A DNA stretch of 64,000 nucleotides from Octopus sinensis (taxonomy: Eukaryota). This document shows, in pieces, positions 39,501-52,458 of the stretch. Location of the stretch: positions 16,926,001 to 16,990,000 of the forward strand of contig NC_043005.1 in the NCBI RefSeq assembly GCF_006345805.1, given 5' to 3'. A program made the position numbers and the translations under genes. The number at the start of each line of letters is the position of its first letter. Positions within the stretch are counted from its first letter, which is position 1. The notes under the pieces were generated by a model. It saw only the letters and a program-made list of their open reading frames with translations, was not told the DNA's origin and made no database searches.

Positions 39501-42500
39501 TTTTCACCAGAGCCCCGTCTGCCGGGTTGTGGCCCTAATACCACTCTGGTGTCAGACCAATCCACCTTGGGTGGCCCTACCAGGAACCGAAGTTCCCGAC
39601 GGCAGAGCTCTGACACTACCTGTTGCCAGCATCCCCACCATGGTGAGGAGGGGATGGACTTTGGGGACACAATCTCGGCTTCTTCTACCACCCCCGAGAA
39701 ACCTTGAGGGTGGTAGAAGCCGACTCAACCCACCCAGGGTGAATGTCACCACAAGTACAAGTGTTGTATGTGGAGAACTGGGGGTAGGATGATTGATAGA
39801 ACAGGCTGTAGTTGTGGTGGTGAAAAGTATCAGTCTCCTGGAGAAGAAGGTATTGAGAAAGGGTGTTACTGAATAGCAGCCTGTGTGTATGTGTGTCTGT
39901 ATTTCTTTTTATATTCATTTATTTGTTTCAGTCATTTGACTGCAGCCATACTGGAGCACTACCTTTAGTCGAGTAAATCGGCCCCAGGACTTATTCTTTG
40001 TAAGCCTAGTACTTATTCTGTCGGTCTCTTTTGCTGAACTGCTAAGTGATGGGGACAAAAACACATCAACATTGGTTGTCAAGCAATAGTGGAGGGGCAA
40101 ACATATGCACACACATAAAGGGCTTCTTTCAGTTTCCGTCAACCAAATCTACTCACAAGGCTTTGGTCAGCTTGAGGCTATAGTTTGTAACGGAAATAAC
40201 TATATAAGCATTTTTAGAGATGTAAAGTATAAAAGCCATCTCAATATTGCTAACCACAAAGGGGGGGTGTTACTGTAGCTTTTTACGTTCTGAGATTTAA
40301 TAATAAATTTTTAGAGTTACTTCCCTTATATATGCCAAAAATGCATTAAAAATGGGAAAAAGTGATGGTAAATTTTTTTTAAATCATAGACTCATCGTAG
40401 ACGCGCGCTAATACCCAGAAGGGCTCAATATGAATCACGACTATAAGATACCCGGTTTTGGTTAAACTGCACCGCAAAATGTGGGAGTAAGGAATCTAAA
40501 TCGTAGGAGACAGACAGCACACAACCTCTCTTTTATATATAAAGATGTATGTAAGAATTTTATGGCTTGGAAGCCCATTCACAGGCTGTTGTCACGTATA
40601 TAGTTTTCAACTAGAGGCATGAGCAGTGTGGGATGCATTGACTTTGGATCCAGGGTAGGGAAGAGTGGAAGGTCAAGGTGATTGATTGGGTAAGGTGAGA
40701 AGTTAAGGGAGACAGAAAATGAATGGGGTGGAGGTCTAGAGGTTTGTCTTTCTCTTGTGACCACATATTGAAACTTGTTTATTCTTGTTGTGTGATTGAA
40801 AAAATGAGAAGGAACCATTTGCAAATGTGTGTGGTGGGGCAGGGCAGGTAGAATAGTGCATGGTTTCGCCAGTCTCGTCTGGCACCTGTGTCGGTGGCAC
40901 ATAAAAAACACCATCCGAGCGTGGCCGTTCGCCAGCCTCGTCTGGCACCTGTGTCGGTGGCACATAAAAAACACCATCCGAGCGTGGCCGTTCGCCAGCC
41001 TCGTCTGGCACCTGTGTCAGTGGCACATAAAAAACACCATCTGAGCGTGGCCGTTCGCCAGCCTCGTCTGGCACCTGTGTCGGTGGCACATAAAAAACAC
41101 CATCCGAGCGTGGCCGTTCGCCAGCCTCGTCTGGCACCTGTGTCAGTGGCACATAAAAAACACCATCCGAGCGTGGCCGTCTGCCAGCCTCATCTGGCAC
41201 CTGTGTCGGTGGCACATAAAAAGCACCCACTACACTCACAGAGTGGTTGGCGTTAGGAAGGGCATCCAGCTGTAGAAACACTGCCAGATCAGACTGAAGC
41301 CTGGTGCAGCCTTCGGGCTTCACAGACCCCAGTTGAACCGTCCAACCCATGCTAGCATGGAAAGCAGACGTTAAACGATGATGATGATGTGTGTGTGCAC
41401 GTAGACACTTATGCTCTTAAACACAGATAGACACTTTCACCGTACACACACACGCGCTATTGTATGAAGTGTGTGTCTGTATTTCAACATTTTAGAATGT
41501 CCTCAAAGCTGTCAGTGTCTGTGAAAGTTATGTGATAGGCCAATAAGGGATATTTGTCACTGGTCTGATCAGTGGTGCTGAAACTAGAGTTTGGTACTTG
41601 TACTAGAGCTTTTTAGCTTTTGCAAAAATTCAAGCCAAAACTCCAGTCTGAGAATAACTTCTCTTTTTGCCCACTTCAACTTGGATATTTTATTAGAATA
41701 AACATCAAAAAAATCAATGGAAATTTTAGTTGTGATCCCTGTGCCAGTGGCACGTAAAAAGCATCATCCGAACGTGGCCGATGCCAGAGCCGCCTTGACT
41801 GGCTTCCGTGCCCGTGGCACGTAAAAGGCACCATCCGAATGTGGCCGATGCCAGCGCCGCCTTGACTGGCTTCCGTGCCGGTGGCACGTAAAAAAGCACC
41901 AATCCAATTGTGGCCGTGGCCAGCCTCACCTGGCACATAAAAAGCACCCACTACACTTACGGAGTGGTTGGCATTAGGAAAGGCATCGAGCTGTAGAAAC
42001 ACTGCCAGATCAGACTGGAGCCTGGTGCAGCCTTTTGGCTTCCCAGATCCCGGTTGAACTGTCCAACCCATGCTAGCATGGAGAACAGACGTTAAACGAT
42101 GATGATGATGAAACTTTATATGGTAGATACCATGAGAACAACTCCCACATTAGCATTTGATGCAGAATGCACTCTTGTTTATATTGGTTGCAGGGAGATA
42201 AATCCTCTTCACCTCCAGTGCTGAGACCACCAGATCACACGATTTCAACCTTGTTTTGTCTTGTCAGTGATGGACACTCGGTTGCTAGAGACAGCAGCGA
42301 TTCAGTGGTGGTGGTGATGATTTCAGCACTAGAGGTAGCAGAGATTTATCTTCCCATTAGCATTATAAACAAGTGTGTATTTTGCACCAAAAAGTCAGTA
42401 TGAGAGGCTCTCTCATGGTGCTGAAATCATCACCACCACCAGTATAGTTTGTTCTAACAGAACATCTACATTTAGGTAGGGATAAATATTATCTGTCGGT

Positions 42501-43502
42501 ATTAATACTTCCTCTGTCACTGATATGTAACTTCTTTCTCCCACCAACCAAAAAGCTTTGAATGAGCAATGACAAGTATGTCTTTATATAATGTATATGT
42601 ATGTATGTGTACAAAATAAGATAGGGGTTATGAGTGTAACCCACTATGGGATATCATTTATCCAATATACTGCCAGTAAAGTACCCAGAAAGGCTAATAC
42701 ATAAATGCTAAGAATTGCAATGCAATTAATTCATTTATTGTATTATATGGGCGAAGGTAAAATGTTTTACCTCAAATTCATAATACAAAATAAGAAAATA
42801 GAGGAATAGATTTCTATCAATCATCAACTACTAGATAATACCAATTCATATAATTTATTAACTAATTATTTAGGAACATCCAGATCAAACAGAATAATAA
42901 AGAATAAAACAGTACACATCAATAAGTAAGGTAATACCATAAGAACAATACATTTATATATTTTTATATTTATATGTATTGTTCTTATGGTATTATCTTA
43001 CTAATTGATGTGTACTGTTTTATTCTTTATTATTCTGTTTGATCTGGATGTTCCTAAATAATTAGTTAATAAATTATATGAATTGGTATTATCTAGTAGT
43101 TGATGATTGATAGAAATCTATTCCTCTATTTTCTTATTTTGTATGTATGTATGTGTGTGTGTATATATATATATGGTCACGAAGGCGCCTAGAAAGTTAC
43201 CGTCCGAGGCACAATTCTGGGCAAGGTTGTTTATGGAAGAACAGCTGTTGCCCATGCATATCACCACCGATGTTATCCAAGGGAAAGGCAAAGGGGCCGA
43301 TACAGCTTGGTGCCAATGACGTTGCAACTCATTTCTACAGCTGAGTGAACTGGAGCAACATGAAATAAAGTGCCTTGCTCAAGAACACAACACATAGCCC
43401 TTTTTGGGAATTGAAGTCACTACCCCATGATTGTGAGCTCAACACCCTAACCATTGAACTATGCACCTTCACATGCATGTGTGTGTATATATATATATAC
43501 AT

Positions 43503-43536
<34 letters not shown>

Positions 43537-43776
43537 AGCGTCTGCTTTCCATGCTAGCATGGGTTGGACGGTTCAACTGGGGTCTGTGAAGCGAGAAGGC
43601 TGCATCAGGCCCAGTCTGATCTGGCAGTGTTTCTACGGCTGGATGCCCTTCCTAACGCTAACCACTCCATGAGTGTAGTGGGTGCTTTATATATATATAT
43701 ATATATATATAATTCTACCTTACCCAACTTTGTGCTTTCCTAATTCTTATGCTTTCCTAAACTTGAGGTAGAATTA

Positions 43777-43815
<39 letters not shown>

Positions 43816-46800
43816 TACACACACATACATACACCACACACACACCTACCTCACTCCTGTTCCCAATGATATACTGTACATTAAGCCATCCTCATCATCT
43901 CTGATTGTCCTCCACCTTCCCATGCCTCACTCCTTCTTTAAACATTAATCTTTAAACTGGATAAACAAACTCTAGTTGCTTTTGATCTGACCTTTTGTTG
44001 GAATGGTGGAGGTGGGAGTGGTGTCAGTGTTACTGTGGCGATGGTGAGATGGAGTGGTGCTGGTATCTAATAATGATTGTGTACCAATCATGTGGTTGTT
44101 ATTTAGCCCTAGGTGAGTTCTGATCAAGCAGACATTCAAACCACGACCATCCCTTCTTTTTGTAAAAATAGAATTTTGTTATCCCAAAGTATTTTCTAAG
44201 AATAGTATGACATGAATAGGCGCAGGAGTGGCTGTGTGGTAAGTAGCCTGCTTACCAACCACATGGTTCCAGGTTCAGTCCCACTGCGTGGCACCTTGGG
44301 CAAGTGTCTTCTGCTATAGCCCCAGGCCGACCAATGCCTTGTGAGTGGGCTTTGGTAGACGGAATATAAAAGAACCCTTTGTATATATGGTATATGTATT
44401 TATTTATATATATATATATGATATATTATATTATATATATATATAGTATTATATATATTAATATATATATTATATATATAATGTATGTATATATATGNNN
44501 NNNNNNNNNNNNNNNNNNNNNNNNNNNNNNNNNNNNNNNNNNNNNNNNNNNNNNNNNNNNNNNNNNNNNNNNNNNNNNNNNNNNNNNNNNNNNNNNNGTA
44601 TATATATATATGTATGTATATATATATATATATATATAATATGTGTGTGTGTTTGTGTGTCTGTGTTTGTCCCCCTGGCATTGCTTGACAACCGATGCTG
44701 GTGTATTTATGTCCCCGTAACTTAGCGGTTCGGCAAAAGAGGCTGATAGAATAAGTACTGGGCTTACAAAGAATAAGTCCCGGGGTCGAGTTGCTCGACT
44801 AAAGGCGGTGCTCCAGCATGGCCGCAGTCAACTGACTGAAACAAGTAAAAAGAGTAAAAGAGAGAGTATGATTCAAAGGAGATTTTACTACTGTTTCTAG
44901 TAGATCAAGCAACAGTGTAGATTCCCTCTGTAGTAGGTGGATGGAAGTGTTGATGAATTAATCTGTCCCTCTTCTCCCCTACAACTGTCCCCCACCCACG
45001 CTCTACAGTTAGTGGACACTGAGCTTGTCTTCTCTGCTGTATCAACAGAATGTTGTTATTCCAGTGCAACAAAGTAGTTACCTTGTCAAGTCCTGTCTCA
45101 CCATCACTGCTACTACTGTTGTGGTTGGTCAATAATGAGATGGGGTGGTGGTGGTAGTGGTGGTCATTCGTGTCTCCTACTGTCCAGGAAACTGATTATA
45201 TAAATCTGTTTTTATTTGATGAGGGTGTTTTTCTTAGCATCTGTTGCCCTTCACAACTCTCACATTTCACCACTGCTACTCAGCCCCTCCCCCTCCACAC
45301 CACTCCATTCCTACCCCCCCCCGTCCCTTTGCTATCTCACCATCTCTCCTCCACCACTACTTTACCTCACCACAACTTTCTGCCCCCTCCCCATCATATT
45401 GTTACCCCCATGTTGCTTCCCCCTCTCTGGTTCTCTACCACCTCAACGTCTCTCTCCGTCATTATCACCACCATGATTCTTGCAACCCCCCCCACATCTC
45501 TTTGCCACCCCACAATGTCTCTTTGTGTCCTTCCCCCCTCCAATCACTCTAGTCCCATCCACGCCTCTTTACCACCCCTGTATCTCTGGCCCTTCTTTGC
45601 AATGCTTCTTCAACCCATGCACCCCTCACTATCACCACTTTCACTGTTACCACTTCCATTATACCTCTTAACTACTCCCAACCTTCCTCCTCCCTCTCAT
45701 GTCCTTACCCCACTCCCTCACACCTCAGCTGTCTAATTTCCAATTGGAGCTAATTAATACTGCCGAAGACCTCCATCTTTGTCCCTCTCTTCCGCTATGT
45801 AAGTTCTTACAGACTTTGGTAATATTTCTACACCAAACTTCTGACATGTTAGAACACTTTATAGTATTTGTTTGTGTCTTTTTGTTGTTATATCTTTTAT
45901 TTTTTTTCATTATGGATACCAAGATTTTATTTGAAGTTTTTTTCTCTGGCACCACAAACATATCAACTCAATTATGGACATTCCTCTATCTCTTTCGGAC
46001 TGAATTACACACAACATACATATATTATTTTTGTATGGCTTACATCTGATTTTCTTTGCTAGCAGAGGCAAGATAAATACTTACTCGAGGCAATATTTTT
46101 ACCACTGGTGGCTCTTATTGCCAACCTTTACTGCTTTTACAAGAATGGATTTTTTATTCTGTTACTATGCACAGGCAACTTAATGTGAAAAGCAGAAATG
46201 ACAACTTTCATACATGTACACATGCATGTGCATACACACACACACACACATGCACGTCATTTGCTAACCCTTGTCTTAAATCATTGCAAAACCACACACG
46301 TGTACCTGTATCTATATTCTAAATGTTTTGAAAACAAATACATGCGTATGTACTTGTACCCAGATGTGTATGCAAGTATGTTTTAGTTTATGTATGTGTG
46401 TAAAAGATTTCACTTTGTAACTTTTGTTCTGATAGAGAAAACAATAGCAAAAATAATTTTGAAAGATTAATCCAATCTCACAGACACACGTACATTCGTT
46501 CACCTTTTTATATTACTTCTTTCTCTCCCAGATCTCTACAATCTTTGTTCCCTGAATGGTTTTCCTCGCTACAATTCCCTTCCTATACACATTTTTGTCA
46601 GAAATCAACTACAGCCTCACTGATCTGAGAGGTTCTGCAAAGATCGTAGGCCATAGTCCTGTCCCCTCTGTATCCTCTGTTTATTATGGTTCCTGCTAAT
46701 GAATGTCTTGCTGGGGTGAAGTAATTTAAAACAAAAAACTAGAGTTGGCATTCTACCAAAATTATAGGGTCTGGTTAAAAGGATTCTGCAGGATGTTAAT

Positions 46801-49800
46801 TTGTTGAGGGATTTTGTAGGTGGAAGATTACAAGATGTTAGTTTGTCCTGGGTCTTGTTGAAAAAAAATTTGCAGATTCAGGACACAGCAAATAAATGTT
46901 TGTCTTTTCCTAATTGAAAAATTCAGCCTTTTCTGAATTATTATTTTCTTTTTTTTTTTTTTTTTGGAAAGAGGAGTTAAAATTTATTTAATTTCTCATA
47001 TTTTATTTTGATTTATATATTTTCTTTTGTTATATATTAACATAATAAGAATACTATTTTTCCCAACATACAAGTCAATATAGTATATTTTGTAAACTTG
47101 TAGTGTAAATATTTGAACAATGCCACTATCTTTCTAAATCCTGCTACAGTTCACATAAAATTTTTGGTCCTCCTAAGTTGTCTTGGTCTAAAAGTTGACC
47201 TTTTCTGGACTGTAAACTTTTGTCTGAAAAATTCAGCTTGTATGCCTGAAAATATGGCTTTTAATTTTTGTTTTTTCAACATGATTGCTTTAAATGTTAT
47301 ATATATTTCAAAATAACTAGGTTTTAAAAAAAAATTTTTTTTTTTCTAGTTTAGACATTTTTACAAGCTTGTTAATAATGTTATTGTTTATTATACACTA
47401 TCCGAAGGTGATTGATGTCAGTACCCCCTGACTGGTTCCTGTACCGGTGGCAAGTAAAAAGCACCCACTACACTCTCGGAGTGGTTGGCATTAGGAAGGG
47501 CATCCAGCTGTAGAAACTTTGCCAGATCAGACTGGAGCTGAGTGCAGCCGCTGGCTCTCCAAACCTCAGTCAAACCGTCCAACCCATGCCAGCATGGAAA
47601 ACAGACGTTAAACGATGATGATGATCCCCCTACTGCTATAGGGGGATCCTGCATTACTGCTCTACTAGTTATACCGTACACACCACCACCACTTTTGTCC
47701 TAGTTATATTACACAATATTAATGCCACCACGTTACTCATATTCACCATATTTTGTTGACCTAACAAGCAATTCCATTACAACTAATGCAATTCTGTATT
47801 TCCAAGGGATAAACTCTGTTCTTGTTGAGATCTTCTAATTCTAACCAAACATTTACCTTTCAGATTCATCAGAAGGAAGGAGGATTTCCAGCACATGTGC
47901 CACACCCAGATGAATTGCCACCAGAACCTGAAATAATTGAAGTTGTGTTTGAGAAAGTGAAAGGCAGTATAGGACTAAGTATTGTAGCTGCTAAGGTGAA
48001 TATAGTCTACTTTACATTTTTCCTTCACTGAATTATGACAAATATTTAGTCTAAGTACTAAAGCTTTCCCCCATCATCATCATCATCTTTTGTGTCCTTG
48101 GTATTATTAGTCACCCTTATTGTCATCATCTTTGTTTTAAATGTCCATTTCCCATGCTTAGCATATACTGAACGTACCAATCATACAGTATATGTCGCTT
48201 GTCTCATCCTTTTGTTAACTTTTCTGTGTTGCACAACATCCTGAGACTTTGTCTTGTTTCTTCCCCCACCCCCCACTGTCTTTCTCAGCTAAAAAAAAAA
48301 AAAAAAAATCCACCTCTGACAGCATGATACCTTTTCCTTCAGAACCCATTTTCCTCTTTGCCCACACATCCATACCAGATCAGCTCACATCACCCAGTAG
48401 CTCATATTCAGTTACCTTTCCTGTATGTCTCTGCTTATACATTAATATTTAACTAATCTCAACTTGTGTGTATTCTACCTTTCATGTAGGTTAAGCATTG
48501 CACATCCAATGCATCATACTTCGTTTGTCCCTAAACTCTATTTTTTTCAGTAGTGTCCTATAAACCTTTGAATTACTGGAACACAGTCTTCTCGACTGTT
48601 CCATATTCCTTCAGATTACTGTGACACACAATCTTCAATACTGTCTCATAAACCTTTGAATTATTGGGACACAGTCTTCAGCAGTCCCATATTCCTTCAA
48701 ATTATTGTGACCCTACAGACTTCAGTAGTGTCCCCATATGCCTTCAAGTTACCAGTGTAATTAGTCTTCAGCAGTGTTCCATTATCATTGATTACTTTTT
48801 CAATCAAATGCAGCAGTTTGCACCGGTAATTACCTAATTCTACAATTTTAGATTAATCAACCCAAAACTAAATGAAGAGCTGCAAAACTTGGATGAATTC
48901 AACTTGAATTCTGGTGGAAAATATTTAACTTTTTCAAGGGTTTCAATGTTTTCATGAACACGGACTCCCCAAAGTTCTTTGCACATCCATTTAAAAAAAA
49001 AACTTAAACCATCATTTTTATACAATGTCCCCTTGTTGGGAAATTTGCTTTGATGAAATTAAACTGGTCAAAGGGTTAGAAGACATGCATTGATGTATCT
49101 TTTTTTGCATGTCAGACTGACCCCACCACCTATTCACATTTTGTTGATATATTTCCACATAAGACAGTGAATTGGTAGATTCAGTAGTGTTGAACATTGT
49201 TGTAGAGCTGAAAACGAGGTAATTTCTACTCTTCTCCCCTGGAAGCCATCTGCTCGCGATACCAGAGGGCACACACTCTCCTACCCAGATGTAATCGCCA
49301 GGGATACAGGCATCCAGCAACAGGACCTCCATAATGCTATGACGGACCGTGAAGTCTGGTGTAACGTAGTAAATTCCATTGTCTCGACCACAGTCGAACA
49401 ATGATGTGGATGAGTGTTGGACAAAATGCCTTTTTGATATTTGTCCTGCTTCTGTACATTCTGTGTTCAAATCCTGCTGAGGTCAACTTTGTTTTTCATT
49501 CTTATAGAGATGTTAAAATAAAATACCAGTCATGTACTGGTGTTGATGCCGCAAACTGTCTCCTTCCCACAAATTCCTGACCTTGTACCTATGTTAGAAA
49601 TTATTATATCCATGCATAGGAGGACATATACATATATAAAATCCTTGTTTATTGATCTAACACCCCACTGTTATCATCCTGGTATTAACCTCACTCTCCT
49701 TTGTTAAATGCCTTGTTTGTAAATACCCTGTTAACTTAACCTTCTGTTGTTAAATACCCCATGTTAACTCCCTGTTATTAACCCTGATCTTCTTGTTAAC

Positions 49801-52402
49801 CCTCGCCTTATTGTTAATCACCTCTCTTCACTGTTAACATTCCCTGCTTTTTGTTAACCTCCCCTCTGTTGTTATCCCACCAGTTTCTAAAACCGCCTAA
49901 ACCCTATCATTATCAACAGCCACGTTTTCTCATTGTGTAGATTACTATAGTGGACAGCCATGGTCGTACGGTAAGTAAGCGTGAAATGACCAAGCCATTG
50001 GTCTCACACTCTGTGTGTCCGATGACTATTTACGACTGTGTTGTCTCTTTCTCTCTCTCTCTCTCTTTGCCTGTTCATGTTATGACAAATGTATATTGGT
50101 CTTGATTTAATATCATGGTCACTTCACGGTCACCTTACCTCAATATTTGAGGAAATGCTGGATCACTTATTCACTTATGCATGGTTTCATGTACGTATGT
50201 GACACAAATGCAAACACACACACATATTTACACAATTGTATGCACTCATACACAACCTGCACAGAAGACACATGCATATCTACACTCACACACACACATA
50301 TATATATATAATGTTGTAACGTGCCAGTAGACTATTTGTTGTAAGCTTTTGAAAATTTCTCCTTCTTTCACTCACTGACTTTTAGATATCTTCAGATCTG
50401 TAGATCTAGTGTAAACTCTACTCTATATACCACCGCCTATCTTCAGTTTGTATCAAGTACAAAACAAGTGTAATTTATACTCTATATTCTGCTGTCTGCT
50501 CCTCTCTTCAGCTGTGTTGCTAAATCAGCTTCATAAAACAGCAAAATTTTAAGAGATACTGTTAGAAAGTAGTCCAAAATAAATGAAAATATTGCTAATA
50601 GAATTTATGTAGAATTCTGTATTATTTACATTTGATGATATTTGTCCTCATCTTGTTTGTTGTTAACACAACGTTTTGGCTGATATACCCTCCAATCTTC
50701 ATCAGGTGTCTTGGGGAAATTTCGAACCTGGGTTCTCATTCCTAAGGTATTTTTCGATGTTACTGCCTGGAATCGAACTCAGAATCTTGGGGTTAGTAGC
50801 CTGCACTCTTAACTACTATGCCATATGTCCGTGGGCAATTATAAAGTGAATTTTAGGGCTTATAAATCTAATATTTTTCTATCCTTCCTTAATACTGGTT
50901 CCCACTGGGTCTGCTTAGGAGGTTATTATGTCCTAGCATATGTGCTGCTTCTTTTAGTTTTCGTATTTTCCAGTTTGATTCCAGACAGTGACCTGAATAA
51001 TAATAATAATAATAATAATATCGAAAAATACCTTAGGAATGAGAACCCAGGTTTGAAATTTCCCCCAAGACACCTGATGAAGGCTGGAGAGTATATCAAC
51101 CGAAATGTTAGGTTAACAACAAACAAGATGAGGACAAATATCTGTCAAATGTAAATGTACATAATTCCTTGTCTCTTAAATATAGAACTGTATGTAGAAT
51201 TGTTTGTCATATTCATATAGATATACTGTTGAAAGTCTAGAAACTATGACACTCTTCTTGAGGAATCATCTTGTATCAATGTATTAGTAGCAGATGAAAA
51301 ATGTCTGGCAGCAGTTATGGAATTGCTGAATATGTATTTCTGCGTCTTTGAGTATCATCAACAGCAAGCATTGACAAACACTACATACCAAGATAAATTT
51401 AGTCTCTACTTGATAAGGAAAGAAAAAAAAAAAGACTTGAGAGATATTCTAGAAGAAAAATAAACTTTTATTTTTAAAAATTATTTTTTCACATTCAGCA
51501 CTTGTGTCAATTAGAGAATAGAAGGATTAAAATTCATTCTCGGTTAAGAACAATTTCTTGAGTCTTCATCTCTCCACCCTAAGTAAAAAATATAAGAACT
51601 TTATTTTATGCAGTTTCATATCAGCTGCAAAGCATGAAGGAATTAATAAATTTTCCTAAATGATCAATGCTATCAAAATCTGCATGACAAGCTTACAAAC
51701 ACTGATTTTATTATTTTCCTACTATTTTAGTTGATATAGTGTGTTGCAAATTTAAGTTTACTATTGGTACTTTGTGTTTCACTAAAGAAGCATGCTTTGT
51801 TAAATCAGATTTCTGAGCTCATGTTTCAACATCACTTTCTTTACAAAATACTTTATTGCTATCATACTTTCTTTCTCTCTCACTGAGTTTGAAAATTGTA
51901 GATTGGTTAAGCGCGACTTTTGAAGCATTTTAGTCACTTGAATAATTGAAGTTTAGTTTGTTCAGACTTTTATCACAATGAAATGCCATCATCGACTCCA
52001 GATTCCTTTGAATTTAGTACATCAGGGAGCTTAATGATAGCTCAACATGTTAGAAGTAACAGCCAAATATTCCTCAATTTACACCGTAATCTTAGAGAAG
52101 ACTACATAGAAGAAAAGTCACTCCACTATCTTTAAAAAGTGTATATTAGCACAAATATAAATTTATAACTGATTTCCTGTCACACTATCTTATTCTATCC
52201 TTAGAGTAAACTGTTACTAAACAGATCTAATCATAAAATAGGCGCAGGAGTGGCTGTGTGGTAAGTAGCTTGCTAACCAACCACATAGTTCCAGGTTCAG
52301 TCCCACTGCGTGGCACCTTGGGCAAGTGTCTTCTGCTATAGACCCGGGCTGACCAATGCCTTGTGAGTGGATTTGGTAGACGGAAACTGAAAGAAGCCTG
52401 TC

Positions 52403-52458
<56 letters not shown>

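Noticed and set aside
40861-41228. CRISPR-like array (hairpin repeats with intervening segments)
   Set aside because: The intervening segments are homologous or identical rather than unique spacers, the array is part of a retroposon, the DNA is eukaryotic and there are no cas genes.
40736-41350. 204-aa and 122-aa repeat-protein ORFs
   Set aside because: By-product of the 63-bp (multiple of three) tandem unit within a non-coding retroposon.
49018-49470. 150-aa minus-strand ORF
   Set aside because: It is the antisense of a degenerate RTE ORF C-terminus on the plus strand.
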